Source: Hamiltosporidium tvaerminnensis FI-OER-3-3 (lineage: Eukaryota > Fungi > Microsporidia). From it: DNA of 64,000 nt. Both the position numbers and the translations under genes were made by a program. This document shows, piece after piece, positions 24,827-36,900 of the stretch. Location: contig CM061255.1 in NCBI GenBank assembly GCA_022605425.2, positions 434,001 to 498,000 of the forward strand, in the 5' to 3' direction. How positions within the stretch are numbered: position 1 is the stretch's first letter; every line of letters starts with the position of its first letter. Under the pieces are notes generated by a model. The model saw only the letters and a program-made list of their open reading frames with translations. It did not search any database and was not told where the DNA came from.

Positions 24827-25522
24827 CAACTCAGTTCGGAATAGTGTCATTTTTTTGATTTTTTTTGTGATACAGCTCGAAAAATAATTTACTTGATATC
24901 TGTTTATCGAACATTTCGTACAAAGATCTTAACGCCTTAAGTCTAGAACCATTCAAAATATTTAGTCTAAAACCTATAGAAAAGAAGTTTAGAGTTTAAT
25001 ATATGAGTAAAATCTCAGTAAAATGAATTGGTAAAATTCTATTGAATGTGCAAAAAAATTATAAGAACAATCTACTATTTCCTTTTGTACATAGAAGACT
25101 GTATGAATTATAATATTGGAAAATATACAAATACCTAGAATACAATATTTAGACTTTTTTTATTTCGTAGTTTATTTTCTCGGAAAAGTAGTTCTTGGTG
25201 CGATACATTTTTGCAATATAAATGTATATTAACGTGTAATTTTGAATCCACATTAATCAGCCATACAGATAAAAAAAAAATTAAAGAGAAGTTTTAAAAG
25301 GCAACAGTTATAACCATAAATAAATTTTAAGAGTTATTATAATGTTCGACAATTTTTTTTAAATTTTAAAAAAAGGCAGTAACAAACGATTCAAAAGGTT
25401 TTACTCGATATTATTCGAAATACTAAAAGGATTGTTATTTTGATGATTTATCATTGATAAAAATATTATTTCATTGAATTCGATACTAATAAAAATTTGA
25501 CAATTAAATAATATCCTTTAAT

Positions 25523-27868
25523 ATGAATAACAGAATGTTAAGACAGAAAATTTGGCAACATTTGGTTTTTATCAATAGTTGGATTTTTTCAGCAAACTTT
25601 GATTATGTTACTGATGAGAAAACAGGTAATTCTTCCTCTATAGCAGAAAATCATGTGGCGAATAATACAAAAATAGATATATATACAAATCATTCTATAG
25701 ACAATATTTTAAGTACGCATATAAATGTGCATCTGACTGATAATAATTATCATGATTCTGGTTGCCCTCGATATACTATATCCAATCGATTTCATCCTTA
25801 TTTTTTACCCCAAAGTATATCCGAGACACCCATAAGTAGTCATGGTTACCAAAGAAACGTTAAAACACATTTTATTTCGCCAAACACACTTGCATGTTCT
25901 AGCACAGATGAAAGAGATCCTAATAGAATGTATTCGACTTATTACAACAAAAACTTTAATTGCCAGAAACAGAATTTCAAAGTCCCAAATAAACATCCAC
26001 AGCCTATTGAAGATATTTCATTTGTTCACAGCATATCTAAAAATATTACTGGGAATATGCTATATGATATACCTTCAATCCAAAATGAATCTAGCATGAT
26101 ATCAAGTACAGCTACCAAAGATGAATGTTTTCACTCAATGCCCATTCCTCCGCTTCAAGATAATATGGATTCTAGAAAAAAAATGTTGGATGTTAATGTC
26201 TGTGAAGGAAAAATATCTTTAGTCGAACCCGGGAAAAATATTAGCATTACTTCAGATTTCGGCTGCTATAAAGAACAAAATAACCAAGGCATAATTTTGA
26301 AGGGGAGAACTCCTGATATAATAGATGATACAAATATAAATCAAAATATATCTGTTATGTTACGGAATGGAAAAACAATTGAAGAGATATGGAGCGATTT
26401 AGCCACCAAACCTCGAGAATACATTGCCACATCGGACAATTCAAAAATGTCTAGAACAAAAGTAGACTTTGATAAGAAAAAAAATATCGTTAACTACTTT
26501 AGCAACTATTTTATCGAATTTTCAATGACACAATTTCAAAAAATATCGAAATATTTGTTCATAAAATTGAGAGCAATGCAAAGAGACTATGAAAATGTTT
26601 TTAAATTCTTAGTAGATGCCGAGAGATTTAATTCAACAGAAAAAGAAAAATATGTTAGAGACAATATATTCAGCAGTATTATTGAATATACAAGCCAAAA
26701 AAAAATTTTACCGAAGGAAAAAATTCCGGAATTTGTTGAGTTAATATTTTCCGGCATAAATCCAATCATTCAAAATAAACTTTTGGATAAAGATGCATCT
26801 ATTCCACAGATTAAATTACATTCCAAGCATTTAAAATATTCTATATATGAATTGGAAAATATGTTTTCAGCAGAAATAAGAAATTTAGAAACACAGGACA
26901 TTGATATTTCAAATATAATAAATTTATGTTCTTTTTTTGTCAAGTATGAAAAGACTTTGTTCGGTGATATGAATATCAGTACAATAATAGAAGTATTGAG
27001 AATTCCTAGATTAAACGAAACGTTATCTAAACTTAAAGAATGTCTGAATAAAAATATGATTTATGAAATATATATGTTTCTAGAGTTGTATGAACAAAAT
27101 CTTGTGTGCTATATAAGAAAACATCATGTGATTTCAACCATTTTTATTATAAAAACACTGTATATTCATATAAATAGAATAAATTACACAGACTTCTTTA
27201 GAGATTTGTATAAAGATGTATATTCTAAGCAAAGATTTACATTAGCTACTCAAATTTTTGGTGCTGGAAGGCTTTTCGAAAGACTATGGAGAAATTAAGT
27301 AAATCAAAAAATCAAAGCAGATTGTTATGGAATGTTGAATACTTGTCGTTTGTTTTTTCAAGTTATAAATTTTTGCGATATAAGTCATTGTCTTCTCAAA
27401 TTACAAATACCTTGTTTGATAGCCATGATATTTGACAAGTCATTTCTATTTAACGAAAACCAAGTCAACGAATTTATTGCTTTTCTTTTATACCTTATGA
27501 AAATTACGGATGATCATAACGAAGACTTCTATAGCGATAAAACAAAATATTTTTTAGAAATAAATAACTTATTGATTGATAACATCACCGAATCAATCAT
27601 ATTATTCATTAATAAAAATAGAAAAATCCGAAGTTCAAAATATGAAATTGAAATAATAGGAGAAAAATGCATTCAATTTTTAAATAATTCATCAAAAACC
27701 CCCGAGGAAGAAATAAATCAAAAGGATAGACTACAGCGATTATACATTTCGCAGCTTTACTGGGTTATTGCTTTCAGAAGCAGGGCTACCTGTTTTTTAT
27801 TACCGCATAACAATATTTCACGCTTCTTTAATACTTATTATAGAAAAATAGTTTCGGAATCTGATTAA
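25523..27868 (+). pseudogene. Unknown multigene-family protein, paralogue 3, split by one in-frame TAA at 27296-27298 (781 codons if read through)
   Basis: ORFs 25523-27298 and 27332-27868 are in the same frame. RN*VNQKIKADCYGMLN aligns without gaps to RNIEGNDLKADFYGVLN and RNLEEYETKANCYGMLN in the paralogues. Confidence 0.85.
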
Positions 27869-30800
27869 GATTTAAATTTTATGATTATTAAGTCTTCTCA
27901 TATTATTATAAATATGAGTTTCGATTCGAAGTATCTTTAAAATAAATAGCTTGTTATTTTATATTTATACTTAATTTCTGTTACTTATTTAACCTTTGGT
28001 TATTTTCATAGCCAGTTATTTAAATCAAAAATTTCTTATAGCAATTTGATTTAATTTAAAGTTTTTGGATTATTTATTACTTTATATTTTGAGACTAGTT
28101 TCTATTTTCGTCGCTAATTTTTATAATTCATATTACCTTAATTTAAATCTCAATAAATCTTAGGGATTTGAACTGTGTATTTTTAATCGACAACTAATAT
28201 GCAAAACGTAAATTAAGTATAAAATATGTGTGAGTTTTTTAGAAATTTTGAAATTTTATTTATGTAACCTTCATATACCTATTTTTTCTTAATTCGATGG
28301 ATTTGAATGAAAAAAAATGTCGTGTCTGGCCATTATAAAATTTACTTTGGGGAGAACAGTCAAAACAACATAGTTTATTTATTCGATTAAGTTCTGATCC
28401 GAGTTTTAATTTTTTATGTTTTAATAATGCATCTTCATGTCACAAGTAAATTCCTTTTAATCAAAAAGTATGATAGAAGATATTAAATCTCAAACAAAAC
28501 TTCATATATAATCGGTCATAGTTTTAAAATCAAAATAAACTTTTATAAATTTTTATTCTACTTCATATTTATTATATGTTTGTAATTATAGTTTTAATTA
28601 TTTGATATATATGATAAATTTGACAAATATCGAATTTCTTTAAATTATTGCTCATTCACAACAAAATTAACTGAGCAATAATTTTAAAAAAATAATTAAT
28701 TTTTTCTGATAAATTTTATTACAATACAAGTTTGTTTGATATTTATGTTTTGGATAGAAAAAATTGTATTTTTTCGAAATTAAATTTTTCATCAAAATGA
28801 AATTACTTGTGACAAATATGGAAATTATAGAGATAAAGAATATAAAAGTTGGAAAAATTATCTTCTAATATGAATCACAATGAAGAAAATATGGGTTTTA
28901 AAACAAGACGGCAATATATACATCAAAAATGGGTAGTTATATGCGAAAACCAGTGAAAACATCATTAAAGAAATTTGGCAGGATATAATAAGATAATGCA
29001 GGTCAATATAATCGCCTCTGTGTATTTTGATGGTCTTATTTACAGAATATCAGTAGAATAGTGAATAATAGGAATAGAGCGCGAGTTTAGACAAGAAAGA
29101 AAATCCAAAGTATCGGTTAAAACTCGCTTTTATAGCCAATAATATAAGCTTCAGTGGAATAACAATTCAAATCTGATTTTATTTGCAATTTTTTTTGGAA
29201 AATTCTGATATTTTCTATTAATTTACGAAATTACTGACGTGTATTGAGGCTTATGTAGTATCAGGCACATTTTGATTGCAGAACTAGTTTTTATCGAAGA
29301 AACTTTTATAAAGTGCAAAGTCTGGTTTGAGAACGCATTTGAAAATCATATTTTTCTCGAAGTCCGCTTATGAATTTAAAAATAGACAATGAGTATTCAG
29401 TTGTTACGATAAAATAAGCAAATACGTGGTTAATGCAAATTTTAATTTTTATCTATAAGAAGAAAGCATTCATTTAATTAGATCTGGTTTACATATAAAA
29501 TAGACAAATTATACGCAAGCTTCCATAAATTCTAAAAATCTCAGCGAAAAAGAGTGATCGATTTATAAAAAACCAGGCTTGGTATAAGCAAACATAAATA
29601 AAAGCAATTTACAAAACGCTGATAGAGACTTGTCAAGGTTTTATAATAAAAATGGTTCTAAATACCAAGAAGATACAATTTATGGTAAATTATTTTCGAT
29701 TTTAGATTAAAAAATGTTCAAAGGTAGAAATAGAAACATCTAAGTGCCATTCGATGAAGATTTATTAAATATTGAGCGTGATAATGTAATAAAATCAATA
29801 TTTTTCACACCTTCTAATTTAAAATTTAGATGAATTTGCGTTTCATAAAAGACAGATGCTCATATACACTTTTTTACCTAAAATTCAATCCTGATGATGG
29901 TTCTCTTGAGAAAGAGTGATTTTGATGGAAATTAAAGTACAAAAAAAAGTTAGAATTAGTGGCTGTTACAAAGAATGCCGTTATATAGAAATTGTCAGAA
30001 GTTTATGTGAATTCCTGTGTAGAATACAAGGAATATTAAAACCTCTTTGAAAAAATCCCATATAGAATATCATGTGATGAATTGGTTAATTTGACAAAAA
30101 AATACATCATTAAAACCTCATTTATCATAAGAAACAGTTTATACATTAAAAACCAGTAGTTTCCAATTTACTTTTAATTTCTTAATTCTTGTGTAGAGTT
30201 TCTCTCATATTCTACGCTATGAAAATAAAAATATTAGAAAAAAAAAGAATAAGAAACGAATGTAAATACCGCAAGAAAAGCTTTGTGAATAAATGAATTA
30301 AGATGTACAAAAAAAATCTTATATATTAACTTTAGACTTTAGATTCGAACAATTTTTTGTGATTCTATAATAGGTTCAAATACTATATAAAGTCAGATAA
30401 TGTATTAATGATACGTTTATAAAGAGACTTTTACATCTTAAAAGTTTAAATGTTTATTGATATCTGTGAATAATAGTATATAGCAAATTAAAAGCCAAGA
30501 AGTATATATTTTGCGAAAACAACAACTTTTTGCATCGAAAAGAAGCTTTTTATTTCAAATTGATTTCAAGAAAACATAGTGCACAATTCTAGATTTTTTG
30601 ATATCATTAATCATTCATCAACATATACTTCAACTTAAACTGCAAAGTTTTTAATTTTAATAAAATCAACAAGTATAATATTGCAAATGAAGCATAAAAA
30701 ACAGATGAAATGTGAGTTTGCTTACCTATATCAGTTTAAAAGATGCCTGGAATGTTAGAATTAAAGTGAACTGATGGTTTTTAAATAATATGAAAGAAAA

Positions 30801-32736
30801 TATAAACAATTAAAGAAGAGTAAGCATTATAAAGACAAACGATAGTAACCAAGCCATCTTGTAATGTAAAAGATTTTTCTCGCTAGAAATATGAAAAAAA
30901 AATAAATTCTAAGAACGAAATTTTATAAAACGAAATAGAAAAGTGAAAACTAGTGTCAAAGATATTTGAGATACAAATAATTAAAGGAGCGTAAACGAGA
31001 TTCTTAAATTTTTTTTATTTAAGAAAATGGCGATACAATAAGCAGTATTACACCGTTTTTAACAGAAAAAATATTATAATTATTGAGGATTATGTGCGCT
31101 GATGGTAATCTTTCAATATTAATAGCTTTTGTAGAGTTGTGATCAAAAAGAGATATCCGACTGCATAATTTGGCAAATTAAGCTATTCGGATTAAAAAAA
31201 TACTGATCTGAAACGCAAATAAATTTATACTTACAAAACTAAAAAAAGCCGTGTTGCTCGAAAGATTATTAAAGAATAATATTTGGAAATAAGAATGAAC
31301 ACTAGTTTAATAACCACCATCAAAATATAAAACTATAGAACAGGTTTATCTTTAGATGATAAATTAACGAAGATTGCGCTTTAAAATTAGAATCAATTTA
31401 AAAAAACAGCTTCAGATTATTAAAAACCCAAAAGCACAAAATATGTTTGTTTACTCGCCAATGAGTTCGAAAATAATTTTAAGTTTGCAATTATAAATTT
31501 TAAATACACAACCCGAGATAACATTGCTTAAAAACTCATAAAATATATTTAAAAAAATTTCGAATAACAGACAGAATAGAAACACAACGCCAATCAATAT
31601 TCCTAAAAAAACGACCAAAACCATGTATTTTTAATGAAGAAGAGATTTGATGTAAGAATTAATTTTTAAGGGATCCAAAAAAAATAAGACTACAAGACCC
31701 ACAAAAGAAACCGAGCGAAATAAACAACGAATGTAACTACTACACATTTAAACCAATTAATAAGCTTCAAGTAAGAAAAATTACACAAAATTTATATAAT
31801 TCATTGTGTAGATGAAATATCCGAAAACCAACCTTCAACTAAAAGCAAGGTACAAAAATAGAATATTTGTACTGGCTAAATAAAACAGAAAAAAAGCTAT
31901 AAAATAGCAACTAAAACCAAAAAGAAGTCACTAGTATTAAATAAATATAAACAAATGCAAAATATATGAAATTCAAATTTATTATTATTCCTTTTAAAAG
32001 TATATTATCACAAATGACTTCACAAAAAAAATTTTCATTCTATTTCGTATCACATACGAGCTTGACTTTGAAAATACAAATAATATTTTCCATTTGCGAT
32101 ATTATTACCATAAAAATAGATTTATTTATTTCCAACAAAATTCAAGAATATTTACCTTTATAAACGAAAACAGAAATATCCCAACATATAAGATAAACAC
32201 AAAAATGTGTAAAAACTCGATTCTACTCCAGTTTAAGATGTAAGTAACAAATGTATTATACTTTCCACATTCATTTATTTTTTTAATATTCTAGATTCTA
32301 ATATCAAACCATTGAAATTTGTAAACCAAATGCCATAATAAAAATCAGAGATTTTTAAATACATTTCTTTAGAACCAAATAATCCCCAAACATTTTATTA
32401 AATCAAAACCTTATACTTGCAAAGACAAATTTTAGCGAGTTTATAAACAATTATCTCATATTATACAATCAATAAATTTCATAACTAAAATCTTAAAACT
32501 TATAAAAATATACTTTATAATGTTTAATTAGTTAAAAAAAATGTAAAACTCTAATACCAATGTTCTCATTAAAAATATAAATTTACAATTTATTTATAAA
32601 TATACTTGTAAGTAATAGCTTATACATGTATAAATTCACACATCTTCGATACATTAAATTATCTCCAAAAAAAACTTATCTATCCAACTATTTTTACTAT
32701 AATCTTATTTTAGATTATAATCAATTTCCAAATGCC

Positions 32737-32940
32737 AATAAATTTACAAATATATAGTCATTTACCTTCCCATTTGCTAAAATTGACTCCTTTACATGTA
32801 CACAATATATTTACAAATATATAGTCATTTACCTTCCCATTTGCTAAAATTTTCTCCTTTACATGTACACAATAAATTTACAAATATATAGTCATTTACC
32901 TTCCCATTTGCTAATATTTTCTCCTTTACATGTACACAAT
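32737..32940. repeat. Tandem repeat, 67 bp x3
   Basis: TTTACCTTCCCATTTGCTAA recurs at 32761, 32828 and 32895. Confidence 0.92.
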
Positions 32941-33479
32941 TTATACTTAAAACAGAAAAGATCAGCTTTGATCAAAAAACCTAATCCAATATAAAGAATT
33001 ATATTTTAAACACCTATACATGGTAAAGCAATAATTCACCTGTAAATTGTATTACATCCATAAAGAAAAAACAAGCTAAACATACAAATAAAGATTAAGA
33101 ATATAATTAAAAAAGAATGTTTCTAAACTTTCAAAACACCAAATACTTCAAATATATTTTTTTCAAATTTCTTTTCTAATTATTATATAAATACTTAATA
33201 AAAATATCAGATAAGAATGTAGTATACAAATATTTATATTTTTCTAATTATTTGTTCATTTGTCTATAGAATAATTTCATTTAAGAACCAATCTCCCAAT
33301 AATATAATATATTCACTTAATTATAACAAAGTAAAATTTAAAAATTTAAAAAAAAATCTCCTCAAATTTAATTAAGAAAACCTCTTTATAAAGAATATAC
33401 AAATATTAAAGTCATAAAATAAAAACAATAAAAAGATTTAAAAAACAGATATAAAAAAATATATTTAATATAATCTATA

Positions 33480-33975
33480 CTTTTAATAAAATCTCTAATA
33501 TTTAATAAAATCTCTAATATTTAATAAAATTCTTATTTTTAATAAAATCTCTAATATTTAATATAACCAATAAAATACTCTTTATCTACAACCAATAGTA
33601 CTATCATATCATATATTATCATATGTGATAGTATTAACCAATAAAATACTCCTTATCTACAACCAATAGTACTATCATATCATATATTATCATATGTGAT
33701 AGTATTAACCAATAAAATACTCCTTATCTACAACCAATAAAATACTCCTTATCTACAACCAATATTCTACTAACAAATACCATACTATCACACTACTAAC
33801 CAATCACTATACCAACTAACCAATCACTATACTAACCTATACCAATACCACGTAACAAATACCACCATACCACCATATAACCAATACCACCATATCACCA
33901 CATAACCAATCACTAACCAATGATACTCTTTACGTAACAAATATAAAAAAAACAACCCCCCTAAACCAAAAAAAA
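33480..33975. repeat. Compound minisatellite upstream of the P4-ATPase (19-bp units, a ~71-bp duplication, then AC-rich ACCAATCACT-type units)
   Basis: TTTAATAAAATCTCTAATA x3-4 and AACCAATAAAATACTCCTTATCTAC x3-4, followed by a C/A-rich run up to the ATG. Confidence 0.85.
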
Positions 33976-33977
33976 AA

Positions 33978-36900
33978 ATGCCATCAACCCAAAACAATAA
34001 ACAACAACCGCTAGGTATACGTGAAATACAAATACCAAACACTACAAACACATACCCAAAGAACATAATAAGAAATCAAAAATACTCTGCTATAACATTT
34101 CCATTCGTAGTATTTATAAACCAATTCAGATATTTTTTTAATATTTATTTTTTTTTAATTTGTATATCACAATGTTTCCCTGTTTATAGTGTTAGTCCAC
34201 TTATATCTAATATTGGTCCATGGGCTCTTGTATTATTACTTACTCTTCTTAAAGAAGGTATGGATGATTATAAAAGATATAAACGAGACAAAGAAGCAAA
34301 CTCAGAGATATACAGCACAGTAGTAATGGGTGTGGGGAGTGTAGGTGTGGGGAGTGTGGGTGGTAGTGTGGGGAGTGTAGTAGGTAGTAGTATAGGAGAT
34401 ACTAGTATAAGAGATACAAGAGATACAAGAGATACAAGAGATACAAGAGATACAAGAGATACAAGAGATAACACTAGTATATCTAACATAAGAGATAACA
34501 CTAGTATAAGAGATATATCTAACACTAATACTAGTATATCTAACATAAGAGATATATCTAACACTAGTATATCAAATAACATAAGAGATGTATCTAACAC
34601 TAATACTAACATATCTAATACTAGTATATCTAATGTTATTGACATACCCCTTACTAATACACCCTCTTCTTCTTTAAAAGTAGGTGACATTATATTTTTA
34701 AAAAAGAACCAACGTATACCAGCAGATTGTTTATTAATTAAAACATCAGATCCTTCAGGTTCATGTTTTATACGTACAGATCAATTAGATGGAGAAACTG
34801 ATTGGAAATTACGTACTTCTCCACATATTACACAGTCACTTACATATAAAGAGATATTGATAACTAATCTTAAGATATTTGCTGATAAACCACATAAAGA
34901 TATATATTCATTTATCGGTAAGTTATCAGTAGGGTATAGTGTAGGGGGTGTGGGTGTAGGGGGTGGGAGTAGTGGTGAGGGTGGTAGTGAAGGGGGTAGT
35001 GGTGATAGTAATAGTGATAGTAATAGTGATAAGGACAATAACAAGTATAACACCTATACTACTAACACCACCCCTTATACTAACACCCCTTATACTAACA
35101 CCCCTTATACTAACACCCCACACACTAACACCACCCCACACACACACACCACACACACCCTTTATACTACTACCACACCACTTAATCTTGAGAATATGCT
35201 TTGGATGAATACTGTACTTGCTACTGGTTATGCTTTATGTGTTGTTATATACACAGGTAAAGAAACAAGAGCACAATTAAATACTTCAAAACCTAAAAAC
35301 AAATATGGTTTAATAGAAAGTGAATTAAACACATATTCTATATTTCTATGTAGTGTATCAATAAGTATAGCATGTATATTTACATTTTTAAGAGGTGTTA
35401 CTACTAGATCAGATGCTACATTAATAAGATTTATAGTAATTTTAAGTAATGTAATACCTATAAGTCTTAAAGTAAGTATAGATTGGGCTAGATATGTATA
35501 TAGTAGAGTTATAATGACAGATAAAAGTATAGAAGGATGTATTGTTAGAACTAGTAATTTACCTGAAGAATTAGGTAGAATAGGATATTTACTTAGTGAT
35601 AAGACAGGTACTTTAACTAAAAATGAAATGGAAATGAAAAAAGTACATTTGGGTACTGTGTGTTATACAGAGGAAGATGAAGAGGATATAAGAAGTATTA
35701 TAAGCAAGGTGATAGAGGGGGGTAGTAGTAGGGGGGGTGTGGGGGAGGGTGGTGTTGGTATTAGGGATAGGTGTGAGGGTGGTAGTAAGGATAGTAATAA
35801 GGTATTAGATAGTAAGGATAGTAAGGATAGTATTAAGGTATTAGATAGTAGGGATGGTAAAATAAATACTAATACTAACACCCACACACCTATCCCTAAT
35901 ACCAATATCCCTAATACTAACACCCCCACCCCCACCCCCACCCCTACCACTAATATAAGTAGTAATATTGGTAAGAAGAAAGACCTTTATACTCGTGTAT
36001 TTGAATTATTAAGAGCACTTTCTATATGTCATAATGTTACACCTTCAGAAGGTGGATATCAAGCTAGTTCACCTGATGAAATAGCTATTGTTAAATGGAC
36101 AGAAAAAACAGGTATTAAATTAATAAATAGAACACGTAATAGTATGGAGTTATTAGATGTTAATGGATGTATACATAGAGTTAAGATATTACATATATTT
36201 CCTTTTACATCAGAGACCAAGCGAATGGGTATTATAGTAGAGTATAGTGGTGTAGGGGGTAGTGGTAGTGGTGTAGGGGGTAGTGGTAGTGGTGTAGGGG
36301 GTAGTGGTAGTGGTGTAGGGGGTAGTGGTAGTGGTAAGGGATATAGTAGTAAGGATAGTAATAAGGATAGTTATAAGGATAGTAATAACATCCCTTCTAA
36401 TAATATAAGTACTAACCCTTCTACTAACCCTTCTACTAACAACCACCCTACTAACCACACTAACAACAACAACCCTTCTACTAACAACCACCCTACTAAC
36501 CACACTAACAACCACACTACTAACCACCCTAACAACCACCACACCAATAACAACCCTACTATTGTTATGTATCTAAAGGGTGCTGATACTGTTATGCGTA
36601 CAAGAGTAAAATATAATGATTGGTTAGATGAAGAAGTAGATAATATGGCTAGAGAAGGTTTAAGAACATTAGTAATAGCAATGAAATATTTAACAGTAGA
36701 AGAATATAAAGAATTTAATTCTTTATATGAATTAGCAAGTTTAAGTGTTAATGATAGAAATAAAGAAATGAATTCAGTTTTAGATTCTTTTCAAAATAAT
36801 ATGACATTATTAGGATTAACAGGAGTAGAAGATAAATTACAAGATAATGTTAGAGTATCTATTGAGAGTCTTAGAAATGCAGGTATTAAAGTATGGATGT

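Noticed and set aside
27296-27335. Small intron removing the stop in paralogue 3
   Set aside because: No GTAAGT before the stop and no branch motif, and the gap-free alignment to paralogues leaves no room for an intron.
32737-32940. CRISPR-like array
   Set aside because: These are contiguous tandem units without unique spacers, in a eukaryotic context with no cas genes.
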